Shown here one piece after another: positions 9,759 to 19,701 of a stretch of DNA of 64,000 nucleotides. The DNA comes from Escherichia coli (GTDB lineage Bacteria; Pseudomonadota; Gammaproteobacteria; Enterobacterales; Enterobacteriaceae). The notes below the pieces were generated by a model. That model was not told the origin of the DNA. It was given only the letters and a program-made list of their open reading frames with translations, and did no database searches. The stretch lies in the NCBI GenBank assembly GCA_031701365.1, contig GCA_031701365.1_4118.1; one strand, 5' to 3'. Positions within the stretch are counted from its first letter, which is position 1. Each line of letters starts with the position of its first letter. Position numbers and translations under genes: made by a program.

Positions 9759-9976
9759 ATAGATACTATGTTGTGTATGAACACGTCTCTGAATTTAATA
9801 ACATACGCGGGTTTTCCAGAGTAGTCACCAAGATGGATGTATTCATTCGTGCTCTTAGTGAAGTAGATGCACTGTTTAAATTGTTTGATGAAATTACAAA
9901 GTATAACACACCTAAAACACACCGCTATGTGGAAACTGTACATTGCATTATGCTAACTGAAAGTGATGAGGAATGA
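9755..9976 (+). CDS. hypothetical protein
   Basis: 73-aa ORF, ATGA overlap. Confidence 0.55.
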   Translation: MNRYYVVYEHVSEFNNIRGFSRVVTKMDVFIRALSEVDALFKLFDEITKYNTPKTHRYVETVHCIMLTESDEE

Positions 9977-9979
9977 TAA

Positions 9980-10198
9980 ATGAATTTATATCTAGTTGAA
10001 GGTTTAGTACAAGTCTATAAACCAGAAGGTGAAGGTCAACGTTTTTCACACGTAGAAGAATTTAAGTACGTTGTACAGGCTGATGGTCAGTACGATGCGG
10101 AAATTCAAGTAGATGAATCATTCCGTAAGAAAAATGAAATTGGTAAATTTCAATACCAGAACTTACAATACAAAGTATGGCCTAGCATAAATGACTAA
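9980..10198 (+). CDS. hypothetical protein
   Basis: 72-aa ORF. Confidence 0.55.
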   Translation: MNLYLVEGLVQVYKPEGEGQRFSHVEEFKYVVQADGQYDAEIQVDESFRKKNEIGKFQYQNLQYKVWPSIND

Positions 10199-10406
10199 GA
10201 TGTGGTGGTGTCATGGTGTATATAACGTGTATGTAAATGGTAGATATAAAATGTCTAGTACCTATGCAAGACGTGTTAATGCGAACAACCAAGTTGATGC
10301 TGCCTGTGAGATCATTGAGTGGTATGCTGAGTTCAATGCACCTGACTATATGTACGAAATAGTTACAATAAATGTTGTACAAATCGATACATCTTTGATA
10401 CAATAA
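10191..10406 (+). CDS. hypothetical protein
   Basis: 71-aa ORF. Confidence 0.5.
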   Translation: MTKMWWCHGVYNVYVNGRYKMSSTYARRVNANNQVDAACEIIEWYAEFNAPDYMYEIVTINVVQIDTSLIQ

Positions 10407-10419
10407 CCACATCAAAAAA

Positions 10420-11100
10420 ATGCATATGAGGATACTTATGTTAGTTAATCTTAATTTCATCACTTCACCTGACTGGGCATTACGTGGGGTTTCTTTAAAC
10501 TTCAAGGAAACTATGTTTGATTACATTGGTGAGTGTACATTGGTAAATGCAACTTTTGACCCAAATCATCCGTTCTGGGCTGAAATTCATGATCCAACTG
10601 TAAACAACAATACATCTGTTATGACTATTGTCCAGACTAAACATGCAGGTATCCTTGCAGGTTATCGACCTGGACATGCAATTGAACACTTCACTGATTA
10701 CGATGTAGTGGATGAATACCCAATGATCCATGAAGATGGAAGTCTATACACATCTGAAGACTTCCGTGCTATCTTTAATAGTACTGATGATATTCTACCA
10801 AGTGGACGTCCACGTCCTGAGTCTTATCTTATGCATTCATCTTATGGTGTAGCAGATACGCTTGAACAGATTATGAAGAAGTACAAGAACCTAATTGAAG
10901 GTCCAGAAGAAATTGTCCTGTGCTATCACCCAGTACTGAAGTCTGAACAACCAAAGGATGGTGGATGGCGTTGGCATAAGAATGGTGATTATATTGGTAC
11001 TAAACGAAGTAAAGAACGTTTTGAGTACTTGTATGATGAACCAGATGTTGATGTGGTTTTGTGTTATAATTTTATTAAGGTGAAAAAGAAATGTATCTAG
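10420..11100 (+). CDS. hypothetical protein
   Basis: 226-aa ORF; an alternative start near 10513 has a better RBS. Confidence 0.55.
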   Translation: MHMRILMLVNLNFITSPDWALRGVSLNFKETMFDYIGECTLVNATFDPNHPFWAEIHDPTVNNNTSVMTIVQTKHAGILAGYRPGHAIEHFTDYDVVDEYPMIHEDGSLYTSEDFRAIFNSTDDILPSGRPRPESYLMHSSYGVADTLEQIMKKYKNLIEGPEEIVLCYHPVLKSEQPKDGGWRWHKNGDYIGTKRSKERFEYLYDEPDVDVVLCYNFIKVKKKCI

Positions 11101-11330
11101 TACTAAGTTTTGTTGTTGCACTATTGTTTATGTTTTATCCTACACTAGTAGCATTAGCCACTAAACGACCGATTGTAGATATTACTACTGTATTCTTGCT
11201 AAACGTGGCATTAGTACTGGTTTCTATTATCATTCCCGTGAGCTTTACTGTTATTGATATTGTGTCGGTATTACTCTTCGTAATCAGTTATCTTATGCTT
11301 ATTGAAGAAAAACCAGTTGACAACCATTAG
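11091..11330 (+). CDS. small membrane protein
   Basis: 79 aa, two hydrophobic helices. Confidence 0.55.
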   Translation: MYLVLSFVVALLFMFYPTLVALATKRPIVDITTVFLLNVALVLVSIIIPVSFTVIDIVSVLLFVISYLMLIEEKPVDNH

Positions 11331-11390
11331 TAGTACTGTATAATGGTTCCTGTAGTCTGAAACTTAACACTTAAACTTGAGGTAAAAAAT

Positions 11391-11717
11391 ATGCTATCAG
11401 TACTAATTTCAATTCCGTCTTTAATTCTGATTTGGCTTCTGGTTTACGAATGCTTTATTACTGATGATAATGATAAAAAAGAGTTCTCTGAGTTGTTTAT
11501 GCTTGATTCACCAATTGTACGTATTTTCTATACAGTCGTTGTGGTTTCAGTAATTGTATGGGTTTTGAGTTTTATCTTTCCACTCGGTGCAGTAGTTAAA
11601 ACTTTGGATTTGGTTGAGAACTTTGTTGCAATTATGTGGCTAATCAAAGCACTATTTGCAGGAAATGTTAAAATTTGGATTGATATTATCAAATTCAAGT
11701 TCACGAATAAGATGTAA
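11391..11717 (+). CDS. small membrane protein
   Basis: 108 aa, hydrophobic helices, RBS GAGGTAAAA. Confidence 0.6.
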   Translation: MLSVLISIPSLILIWLLVYECFITDDNDKKEFSELFMLDSPIVRIFYTVVVVSVIVWVLSFIFPLGAVVKTLDLVENFVAIMWLIKALFAGNVKIWIDIIKFKFTNKM

Positions 11718-11795
11718 CAGTCAAAATACCTCTATAGTATTAAATACTTCTGTACTATATATATGTACAGAAGTATTTCTCGTTAGAGGTTTGTT

Positions 11796-12155
11796 ATGAA
11801 AAGTTATATAAAATTAATAGCACTTGTGTGTGCATTATTTTCATGTTTTAGTTATGGTGCAGCAGCAGAAACATATTGTCGTAGTACTAAGGGAACGTGG
11901 CATGTATTGACTAACGACCCTAGAAATGGTAAAAATATAGTTGTTGATGGCGTGATTTATCGTTTTAAAGTAGAAAGTATTATTGGTAATAAAAAAATCT
12001 CGACTTATAGAGATGATTCTGGTACATTAGCAAACGTAATATTAATTGTAGACCCAAGAACTGGTAATGGTGATATCTATATAGTAATTTACTTGGACTC
12101 ATCGGTACGCCGTGACCTAGATATAGATAAATTGAACTTACACTGTGAAATATAG
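11796..12155 (+). CDS. putative secreted protein
   Basis: 119 aa; signal peptide ending SYGAAA; RBS AGAGG. Confidence 0.6.
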   Translation: MKSYIKLIALVCALFSCFSYGAAAETYCRSTKGTWHVLTNDPRNGKNIVVDGVIYRFKVESIIGNKKISTYRDDSGTLANVILIVDPRTGNGDIYIVIYLDSSVRRDLDIDKLNLHCEI

Positions 12156-12166
12156 GACTTAAAAAA

Positions 12167-12544
12167 ATGGTAAACACTATTTTACTTTTGTTGTTGAATA
12201 TTCCAATTATTCTGTCTTTTTTAATTTCTATTTTTATGGCAGGATATTGTTTAGTTGCAGTAATTCATTTTATTTTAACAAACAAATATGTCCTAATTTC
12301 TAAGCTTGATTCTATTTTTGCTTGCGATTCAATGGCTTATAACTTATGGTTAATTTGTTCTTGCATTATGGGAGTAACTTTCCTTCTGCATGTATTTGAT
12401 GTCCTTGACCAAAAGTTCGTATACATCAGTACTGGATTGGCACTTTATCCTGCTACGTGGTACTTGATTTACGTTGGTGATATATGGTATAGTACTTATA
12501 AAGAATATCAGCACAAGAAATCACTTAACGTTGGAGGAAAATAA
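12167..12544 (+). CDS. small membrane protein
   Basis: 125 aa, multiple hydrophobic helices. Confidence 0.6.
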   Translation: MVNTILLLLLNIPIILSFLISIFMAGYCLVAVIHFILTNKYVLISKLDSIFACDSMAYNLWLICSCIMGVTFLLHVFDVLDQKFVYISTGLALYPATWYLIYVGDIWYSTYKEYQHKKSLNVGGK

Positions 12545-12546
12545 TC

Positions 12547-12897
12547 ATGAAAACTATTTTATTTTTTGTATGTATGTTAATGTGTGGGTTGTCATATGCT
12601 GAACCATTAGAAGGTTTAGTTTGTACAGATGGTAATATTAAACATATCTATCAAGGTGATAGTGACGATAGAGATATTGTATATATTGATGGACAATCAT
12701 ATACGTTTGTTAAAGAGCATACAGTAGGCGACATTAGCTTCACTGAGTTTTCCAACGATACAGACCCTAACTTCTTAGCGTTTATTGAAGTAGATGTGTA
12801 TGAAGATAGTAATGGTACACAATATGCTAAATTAGTTATGATGCGTCGTGGTGCTAAAGAAACTAGTTTTGGTGGCTTGTGTAAATATAAGGATTGA
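12547..12897 (+). CDS. putative secreted protein
   Basis: 116 aa; signal peptide ending LSYA; RBS GGAGGAAAA. Confidence 0.65.
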   Translation: MKTILFFVCMLMCGLSYAEPLEGLVCTDGNIKHIYQGDSDDRDIVYIDGQSYTFVKEHTVGDISFTEFSNDTDPNFLAFIEVDVYEDSNGTQYAKLVMMRRGAKETSFGGLCKYKD

Positions 12898-12901
12898 TAT
12901 T

Positions 12902-13093
12902 ATGTTGATTTATCAAGGTGATAATATTCGTGTTATGCAGCATCCCTACTTACAAATCTTTGATGTGCAGCAGTATATGGAAGGTGATGACCCAAGAACC
13001 TATGGTCGTAAGTATGATTACTTCACTGTAAAGCAGTGTAAAAATATTAACGAAGTACGACAATTAGTTCAAGAACTTCAAAACAAAGGTTGA
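12902..13093 (+). CDS. hypothetical protein
   Basis: start moved to the internal ATG at 12902 of the 12848 ORF to avoid overlap. Confidence 0.45.
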   Translation: MLIYQGDNIRVMQHPYLQIFDVQQYMEGDDPRTYGRKYDYFTVKQCKNINEVRQLVQELQNKG

Positions 13094-13119
13094 CTTCGGT
13101 CAGCCTTTTTTGTTATAAT
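13088..13119 (+). terminator. intrinsic terminator fused to promoter (GGTTGAC-TTCG-GTCAGCC, T run, TATAAT)
   Basis: UUCG tetraloop hairpin plus T6; stem contains TTGACT, with TATAAT 18 nt downstream at 13114-13119. Confidence 0.75.
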
Positions 13120-13147
13120 TCTATTAATAAATTAGAGGATTTTAATT

Positions 13148-13588
13148 ATGTATGTATATCGTTTTGAACTTAAATTTAGTTACATCGAACCTGACTTAAA
13201 ACCAGCCCTAACTGTTGGCCCGTTTGCACGGTATTCAGCCAGATACAGTACTAAAAATGGATTTGACCGTTTGCTCATGACTACACCTTCTCAATTCCAA
13301 CCTGAACCAACTGAGGATGGGATCTATTCAATCAAAAGTGGATGGGTATTTGGCTGTCAAAGTTTGAAAGATTTGTTCAGATTCTTCACTATGGACTTAG
13401 GTAAATTGCATCGTGCTGGGTTTGCTATATCTGTATATGAAGTTCCAGACCACCATGTAGACATTGGTCGTAATCAAGTTCAGTACTATTGCGGTAGTGC
13501 TAAATTAGTTCGTATCATGTCAGTTAAGGAAGCAAAGGATGAGTTCCGACAAAGTAAAAGAGAAACAAATGAGGTAATATATGGATAA
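13148..13588 (+). CDS. hypothetical protein
   Basis: 146-aa ORF, RBS AGAGGA. Confidence 0.65.
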   Translation: MYVYRFELKFSYIEPDLKPALTVGPFARYSARYSTKNGFDRLLMTTPSQFQPEPTEDGIYSIKSGWVFGCQSLKDLFRFFTMDLGKLHRAGFAISVYEVPDHHVDIGRNQVQYYCGSAKLVRIMSVKEAKDEFRQSKRETNEVIYG

Positions 13589-13925
13589 AACTCAAATAGA
13601 ATTAAAGAAATTTGTTTCATTCTATCTTCCTGATGACCCACGTAATTCACAAAAAGATATTGAATATTATAATATCCTATCTAAACAGTTAATGAGAAAG
13701 TTTCAACAGTGTTTAACAATATTCAATACAGATGGAAGACGTAGATACCGAATCGTTTCAATGAATGATGAAAACGCAAATTTCTTTGATTACGATGTGG
13801 TTTTTAGAGCATATAATGATGATCGTATAAAATTAAATTATGATCAAATTATACTTGACCTGAATGTTATATGTGTTATAATCACTCACGTAGCCGAACT
13901 TAATGGTTTTAAAGAATGGTATTGA
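13581..13925 (+). CDS. hypothetical protein
   Basis: 114-aa ORF. Confidence 0.6.
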   Translation: MDKTQIELKKFVSFYLPDDPRNSQKDIEYYNILSKQLMRKFQQCLTIFNTDGRRRYRIVSMNDENANFFDYDVVFRAYNDDRIKLNYDQIILDLNVICVIITHVAELNGFKEWY

Positions 13926-13939
13926 ATAGAGGATAACAT

Positions 13940-14206
13940 ATGAAGCTTAAATTACAATATAATGGATTTACTTTACGTAATGATACTGAATTTATTAATC
14001 GTTCTCCTGGTGCTGAACTGTTTTTACGAGAGATGAACATTCCTTTCATCATTACTACAGTGGGCGACCGTGAAGTTCTACAATACGCAGAGCATCCGAT
14101 CATTGATGTTCCTTGGTACTCTGAGCATATGTACATGGATATGGCACGTCGCTACAACTGTAAGTTCGTAGTTGAAGGTGATAAAATTACAGTCGAATTT
14201 AAATAA
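13940..14206 (+). CDS. hypothetical protein
   Basis: 88-aa ORF, RBS AGAGGA. Confidence 0.6.
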   Translation: MKLKLQYNGFTLRNDTEFINRSPGAELFLREMNIPFIITTVGDREVLQYAEHPIIDVPWYSEHMYMDMARRYNCKFVVEGDKITVEFK

Positions 14207-14217
14207 GGTAAATTAAA

Positions 14218-14511
14218 ATGATCAGTACTTCAGTTAATGAAAGCATCGTCGCTGACGTAGAAATGGTTAAAGAATGTGCAGATGAAACTCTTCGTGATAT
14301 GTACATTAATGATTTAATTACTGAATACGGTAGTCGTGGTGTACACGAATTTATTCGTTTAAGTGGAGAGTTGATGAAAAATCGAATTCGTATGAAGCTT
14401 AACGTACATCCAAAAGCATGGGCATTTACATTAAAATACGCAGAAGATATTGTGAATTTGCGTCGAACTGAAGTATATGAACGTTTGCACAATGGTATGT
14501 TAGATAAATGA
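14218..14511 (+). CDS. hypothetical protein
   Basis: 97-aa ORF, RBS AAGGTAAA. Confidence 0.6.
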   Translation: MISTSVNESIVADVEMVKECADETLRDMYINDLITEYGSRGVHEFIRLSGELMKNRIRMKLNVHPKAWAFTLKYAEDIVNLRRTEVYERLHNGMLDK

Positions 14512-14530
14512 TTGTAAAATAGGAATTCTT

Positions 14531-14557
14531 AAATGAATTCCTTTTTGTTTATAAGGT
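14531..14557 (+). terminator. intrinsic terminator
   Basis: AGGAATTC-TTAAAT-GAATTCCT hairpin followed by T5. Confidence 0.7.
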
Positions 14558-14563
14558 ATAGTA

Positions 14564-14785
14564 ATGAAATATATAGTACTTGTACTGATATTATTCAGTA
14601 CTGTTGTAAGTGCTAAACAAAAAGAATATATTAAATGTATAAATTATGAAGAGAAATATGTTGAAACATATAAAAAAAGTATAATTAAAAACGTTTCGAT
14701 TACTAACAGAGCAACAATCATTGTACTTAAAAATGGGTTAATTATGCTATATAAACCACACGTTAAATGTGAAATTATTAATTGA
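14564..14785 (+). CDS. putative secreted small protein
   Basis: 73 aa with N-terminal signal-like helix. Confidence 0.55.
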   Translation: MKYIVLVLILFSTVVSAKQKEYIKCINYEEKYVETYKKSIIKNVSITNRATIIVLKNGLIMLYKPHVKCEIIN

Positions 14786-14792
14786 GGAAAAT

Positions 14793-15365
14793 ATGAATCG
14801 TAAAGGTCGTTTTAAAGTATCAAAAAAGAACAAAAGTTCTAGGTTTAAACCTATTGTTTTAACAGTTAAATCTAACAAAGAATTAACTGCACTTAGTAAA
14901 AAGATAATTTCATCTAAGATTGAAGTATCATACGTAAATTCATTAAAATATATGAATATAAAACCACTGGACAAACTCATTTCACTTATATTTCAGCGTA
15001 ATGATTTTGAGATATCAGTAGATGATTATAGAGCCTATAATGCTGGTTTCATTAATGTTACTTGTAATAAAAAGCTAACTGAGTTGGAAAACTTGTCATG
15101 TATAGTAAATCTAGATAAAGGTGTAGTGAAATACAATTTTGTACATTTTACTAATATTAATAATGGCATGGGTGTACAATCCAGACCTATAGTACCTACA
15201 TGTGATGTTACTAAATTAGCAAAGCTCAATGATGAAGAATATTTTCAAGAAAGTATTGTGACTGAGCATTTAGATGATATAATAGCTACTTACAAAGAGT
15301 GTATATGGGTTTTGAATGCTATAAAGCCTAAATTGTGTTTAATGAATATTGTTCGTGATTTATGA
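14793..15365 (+). CDS. hypothetical protein
   Basis: start set at ATG 14793 (RBS GAGGAAAA) inside the 14769 ORF. Confidence 0.55.
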   Translation: MNRKGRFKVSKKNKSSRFKPIVLTVKSNKELTALSKKIISSKIEVSYVNSLKYMNIKPLDKLISLIFQRNDFEISVDDYRAYNAGFINVTCNKKLTELENLSCIVNLDKGVVKYNFVHFTNINNGMGVQSRPIVPTCDVTKLAKLNDEEYFQESIVTEHLDDIIATYKECIWVLNAIKPKLCLMNIVRDL

Positions 15366-15378
15366 ATGGGGAATCGTA

Positions 15379-15822
15379 ATGAGTTGGGTAAATGTTAATA
15401 GTATTGAACTTAACGAACAAGATATTTTTGCATTTGTAAATTTAACCAATAATACAGTACTAAAAGGGCGTTTGTTCAGTGCGAGTGATGGATATAAATG
15501 GATCTCTTTGATGGATGATAGTGGTGTGATTTATAATGTAATGCAATTACCCCAATGGGTATATAGTAACACTGCCGACGATGTTCTTGCCGCAGTTATG
15601 CGTGAGTTTGAAAAACTCCCAGGTGGTGATATCAAAAACAAAGTTTTTAATGCAGAACGTAAAAATTATACAGCACAGCAATTGGAATCCCTTGCCATTG
15701 CTGCTTATCAAGCTGCTATTAAGAAGCCAGAGTGCGTTATTCTTAAGTATGTACCAGACTTAAAACTTACGTTGGAAGACATGGATGCATTCATTTTTAC
15801 ATCTGAACTTGATCAGTACTAA
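15379..15822 (+). CDS. hypothetical protein
   Basis: start set at ATG 15379 inside the 15349 ORF. Confidence 0.55.
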   Translation: MSWVNVNSIELNEQDIFAFVNLTNNTVLKGRLFSASDGYKWISLMDDSGVIYNVMQLPQWVYSNTADDVLAAVMREFEKLPGGDIKNKVFNAERKNYTAQQLESLAIAAYQAAIKKPECVILKYVPDLKLTLEDMDAFIFTSELDQY

Positions 15823-15937
15823 TTTAACTTTGGGACAACCATTCTTATTATGATATAATGTTTTATGTCATTCGATATAAATGACAACGGAACTATAAAT
15901 ATTATAGTAAAATTTATCTCTTATAGGAGTTATAAAA

Positions 15938-16321
15938 ATGGTTGATAAATGGAATAAGAAAGATCCATCACATGATGTTGATATTTCTGGTCTAGACAAT
16001 GCACATAAGCACAAGTATCTAGATTCACTAGGTCTTCTAAAACCAGACCAAAGTCTTGCACATGATCGTCCATCCCGTGAAAAAGCATTTAGCCTAGAAT
16101 CACTAGGTCATGAGCTTAATCGTGTGTTTGAGGATCACCCAATCTATGTACGTGATATTATCGAGAAACTTAAAGTAACTCCTAAAGAGCACTTTAAAGC
16201 AACAGTACACTCTGCATTCCGTGCATTGCATGATTCTCTCAAGAAAACTCACAATCTTCGTAAAATTCATGATGAAATCGTGAATGCAATCGAAAGTGAA
16301 AAACATAAGTTCAAGAAGTAA
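15938..16321 (+). CDS. hypothetical protein (shares YLDSLGLL motif with the 16566 gene)
   Basis: 127 aa, RBS TAGGAG. Confidence 0.65.
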   Translation: MVDKWNKKDPSHDVDISGLDNAHKHKYLDSLGLLKPDQSLAHDRPSREKAFSLESLGHELNRVFEDHPIYVRDIIEKLKVTPKEHFKATVHSAFRALHDSLKKTHNLRKIHDEIVNAIESEKHKFKK

Positions 16322-16327
16322 TAAAAA

Positions 16328-16354
16328 GGGGTTGACTAAGGTCAGCCCTTTGTT
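16328..16354 (+). terminator. intrinsic terminator (GGGTTGAC-TAAG-GTCAGCCC)
   Basis: variant of the recurring GTTGAC hairpin with T-rich tail. Confidence 0.65.
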
Positions 16355-16390
16355 GTATCATAACTTCTCAATATAACTGAGGTATCATAT

Positions 16391-16504
16391 ATGCAAGGTT
16401 TGAAATTTGTAGTTGCTGCACTCATCGCCGCAGTACTGGTTGGTGGTGTATTCTATGTAGTGGATCAAAAAGTAAATCCACCTGCACAAGAACAATCTAA
16501 GTAA
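16391..16504 (+). CDS. small membrane peptide (37 aa)
   Basis: not in ORF track; ATG 16391, single hydrophobic helix, bracketed by two terminators. Confidence 0.4.
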   Translation: MQGLKFVVAALIAAVLVGGVFYVVDQKVNPPAQEQSK

Positions 16505-16512
16505 CAAAATAA

Positions 16513-16543
16513 GGTTGACTTCGGTCAGCCTTTTCTTTATACT
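16513..16543 (+). terminator. intrinsic terminator fused to promoter
   Basis: GGTTGAC-TTCG-GTCAGCC plus T run, TATACT 18 nt after TTGACT. Confidence 0.7.
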
Positions 16544-16565
16544 ATAAATATAGACATAGAGAAAA

Positions 16566-17843
16566 ATGAAATCTATGGAGAGAAATCAAATGCCAAGTAA
16601 TTTTACTGATAAAAATGGTGGTAACATGGCTGGTCACTCGGATAAATGGAGTGAACGCAACCGCCGACCAAATAGTTATCAAGCAGGTCAAGGTTCACGT
16701 GGATCACGTAACCAAGGAACTGGTCTAGCTGGTAAAGCAAACGCAGAAGCAGGTGAAGTTAAGAGTACTGAGAACATGACTGAGCTAGAAAAGCTACGTT
16801 ATGTTAATTCATTGGGACTTCTTAATGCTACACAAAAACAACGCCTAGCTGATATGGAACGTGAAGAAAAAGAAAAGTCTGCTCCTGCGAAAGAAGAACC
16901 AAAACAAGAAGCACCAAAGGCGGTTAACCCTGTCAAAGAATTGTCTGATAAGTTAGGTAAGATTTTTGCTAATAAACCACAACTTATCCAAGGTATTGTG
17001 AAAGAATTGCAATCTGTACCTAAAGAAGAATTAAAAGTCAAAGCACAAGCTGTACTTGATGCAATGAGTGGAAATACCAGTACTGAACCAACTGAAGTAT
17101 TCAGTACTATAATGCGTGCACTTGAAGGTACACCACAAGGTGATGTGCCTTCACAAGAGGAAGTAAGTCTTGAAAGCGTACTTAAAACATTTGATAGTAT
17201 TGGTAAAGAAGACCGTGCTAATGCTCAACAAGTTAAGAATGTACTAGCTAAGTTAGAAAACCGTCTGGAAGGTAAAGACGATAAGATTAAATTAGTATCT
17301 GATGCAGTTAACGATGCACTTAAATCTTATGTACAAGGTGAAAAGAGTCGTTTTGTAACTGCAATGGATGCTGCATTCAATACTATGAAAAAGTATGAAG
17401 CTGATCATGGTGAGAAGGTTACACGAGATGGTTATCTGATGCGTGATGATGAAGAAGGTGCAGTAGAACAGAACGATGTTCATTCAGACGAAGAAATTGA
17501 TGACATGGAAGCTGAACTGTCACAAGACCGCCAAATGACTGAAAAATCCCATAACGAACTACAGAAATTAATGCAATGGGTTGCAGATGTTGGTGAAAAA
17601 GCTGGTGCTGATAAGAAGAGTATAAATCGAAATCTTAGTTGGATTAAAGATAAAGTTGGTAACAACGCTCGTAAACTACAAAAAGCGTGGACTGATGTAG
17701 TGAATGGTGCTGTTGACATTGATGTTGAATCCGGTGAGGCATATGATTATGCATTGACTACACTTGATGACTCTTTCCGTGATTACGAAAATGGAAATGT
17801 AACTCCTTGGGAAAAGGACATCATGAGCAAATACGGTAAATGA
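16566..17843 (+). CDS. hypothetical acidic protein with basic Gly/Ser-rich N-terminus
   Basis: 425-aa ORF, largest plus-strand gene; YVNSLGLL motif shared with the 15938 gene. Confidence 0.7.
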   Translation: MKSMERNQMPSNFTDKNGGNMAGHSDKWSERNRRPNSYQAGQGSRGSRNQGTGLAGKANAEAGEVKSTENMTELEKLRYVNSLGLLNATQKQRLADMEREEKEKSAPAKEEPKQEAPKAVNPVKELSDKLGKIFANKPQLIQGIVKELQSVPKEELKVKAQAVLDAMSGNTSTEPTEVFSTIMRALEGTPQGDVPSQEEVSLESVLKTFDSIGKEDRANAQQVKNVLAKLENRLEGKDDKIKLVSDAVNDALKSYVQGEKSRFVTAMDAAFNTMKKYEADHGEKVTRDGYLMRDDEEGAVEQNDVHSDEEIDDMEAELSQDRQMTEKSHNELQKLMQWVADVGEKAGADKKSINRNLSWIKDKVGNNARKLQKAWTDVVNGAVDIDVESGEAYDYALTTLDDSFRDYENGNVTPWEKDIMSKYGK

Positions 17844-17853
17844 TAAAACAAAA

Positions 17854-17878
17854 GGTTGACTTCGGTCAGCCTTTTTTT
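17854..17878 (+). terminator. intrinsic terminator (GGTTGAC-TTCG-GTCAGCC, T7)
   Basis: read directly. Confidence 0.75.
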
Positions 17879-17915
17879 GTAAATACAAAAGAGGAATTAA
17901 GAAGAGGGATTACAA

Positions 17916-18166
17916 TGAAAAAATATATTATATTTGGAATTGTATTATTTTCCAGTACTGCTTATGGTGCAGATTATCATTGCTCCGTAGCAAGGCAGGA
18001 TTTCAGAAATGGGGAGTTCTATACTACCTCATACACAAAAGGAATAATACACGACACCGACAGAACTATTGGATTTAATGCGTTTGACAACAAAGATTCA
18101 TATACTTCAGGTATACTATCTGAGCGTAAGACTGATGTAATGGGAATAGAAAAAGAGTTCCGGTGA
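17916..18166 (+). CDS. putative secreted protein
   Basis: start set at ATG 17916 because the 17840 ORF reads through the terminator; signal peptide ending STAYGA. Confidence 0.55.
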
Positions 18167-18176
18167 TTCCGTAGCA

Positions 18177-18500
18177 ATGTGCAATGACATTGAAAGTACT
18201 AAAACAATTTATTATAATAATGAACGTAACTATCGTTTTCATAATTTAACCACAAATAAAAGTTTACTATTTTACAATTGTAAAGAAGTAATACTCCCAT
18301 CAGACAATAGCTGTACTCCAACTAATCAACCCCCAGCACAATGTAATACTCCCTCTGAACCTGATAAAAATAAAAAAGACAAAGATAAAGATAAAAAAGA
18401 AGACAAAAAACCTTTAAAAGATAAAAAGAAAGATAAAAAACCTAATCCGTTTAAAAATAATAAACCAGCACAACCCGATATGACGTGTAAAATAAAATAA
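18177..18500 (+). CDS. Lys/Asp-rich low-complexity protein
   Basis: 107 aa with KDKDKDKKEDKK repeats. Confidence 0.5.
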   Translation: MCNDIESTKTIYYNNERNYRFHNLTTNKSLLFYNCKEVILPSDNSCTPTNQPPAQCNTPSEPDKNKKDKDKDKKEDKKPLKDKKKDKKPNPFKNNKPAQPDMTCKIK

Positions 18501-18509
18501 GGATATATA

Positions 18510-18929
18510 ATGAAAAAGATTTTTTTAAGTATTATTTTAGTACTTTTTAGTTTTAATGTATATGCAACAGATGCTAAACAGGTTGCAAATACAGTAAAAG
18601 ATGTTATAGTAGATAATGCTCCTACATTAGAGGAAATTGGGGTAAAAACTTGTGATATAGTAATATATAATTTAGTTAATGATGAACGAGTTATGTTGAA
18701 TACGTATGAACAAGTAGTCCCATTGGTTGAATCTGGTGATGCTTTTAGCTTTACATATAAAGTTAAATTAACAGGAGGGGTTGAAGTTAATCTTGACATT
18801 GATACCGCTTCAGTACTAAAAGATAAACTAGGATATGTGTTCAATCGTATTCGTGAAGAAGGTCATCTTAAGTATGTTTATGAAAGTAAAATACTAAAAC
18901 GTGCAATAGTTATAGAAAACTGTAAATGA
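18510..18929 (+). CDS. putative secreted protein
   Basis: 139 aa; signal peptide ending NVYA; RBS AAGGA. Confidence 0.65.
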   Translation: MKKIFLSIILVLFSFNVYATDAKQVANTVKDVIVDNAPTLEEIGVKTCDIVIYNLVNDERVMLNTYEQVVPLVESGDAFSFTYKVKLTGGVEVNLDIDTASVLKDKLGYVFNRIREEGHLKYVYESKILKRAIVIENCK

Positions 18930-18937
18930 TAATAAAA

Positions 18938-18969
18938 GGGTTGACTTCGGTCAGCCTTTTTTGTTATGA
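18938..18969 (+). terminator. intrinsic terminator fused to promoter
   Basis: GGGTTGAC-TTCG-GTCAGCC, T6, then TATGAT 17 nt after TTGACT. Confidence 0.75.
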
Positions 18970-18998
18970 TGTTGATATTAACTACAGAGGATAAAGTA

Positions 18999-19640
18999 AT
19001 GACTAAGCAAGAAATATTCAAAACTTTAATTGACATTTTGCGTCCATCAAAAACTCGTTGTGCGATGGAGTTTGATATTCCTTATGCTGAACGCGTAATC
19101 TTTCCACAAGTTAAAGCTGCTGGACTTACTTTGCTTGGAATGGGGATGTACTCTGTAGTAGTTGAACATAAAAACTATCCTGGGCGTGCATTTAAAGTAA
19201 CCACATCCCGTTGGGATGGTTTTCGTGCTTATGCAAAGTACTGCATTGAAAACGCAGGAACCAAGTTTCTTCCAGTGATCTACAGTGCAAACGAACAAGG
19301 AAACTTTGGATGGTATGAGATGGACAAGTACTATCCTATAATTAAACAAAAAAATAATTATGATGACTTTGTTAGTACTAAAATTGGAGATTTATATTCT
19401 TATGCACATGCTGGTCAGTACGCTACTTCAGTGAATGATATGCGTGGAAATTCTGAAGAGATTGCTATTGCGACGGTCGCTGCTAACATCATGAAAGAGT
19501 TTCACGGGCGTTTTGTACCAGACATTCATTCCAGTAATGTCATGATGGATAAAGATGGCAATGTATTCATTACTGATCCTCTTTCGTGTGATGTACGTAG
19601 AGAAATACCAGTTACTGAAGAAGATCCAGTTTTTTATTGA
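18999..19640 (+). CDS. hypothetical protein, possible kinase-like fold
   Basis: start set at ATG 18999 (RBS AGAGGA); DIHSSNVMMDKDGNVFITDP resembles a kinase catalytic loop and metal-binding segment. Confidence 0.5.
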   Translation: MTKQEIFKTLIDILRPSKTRCAMEFDIPYAERVIFPQVKAAGLTLLGMGMYSVVVEHKNYPGRAFKVTTSRWDGFRAYAKYCIENAGTKFLPVIYSANEQGNFGWYEMDKYYPIIKQKNNYDDFVSTKIGDLYSYAHAGQYATSVNDMRGNSEEIAIATVAANIMKEFHGRFVPDIHSSNVMMDKDGNVFITDPLSCDVRREIPVTEEDPVFY

Positions 19641-19701
19641 CAGAACTGATGTTCTGGTGTATTCTTAATAAACCATAAAAATTGCGGTAAAGGATAAAAT
19701 C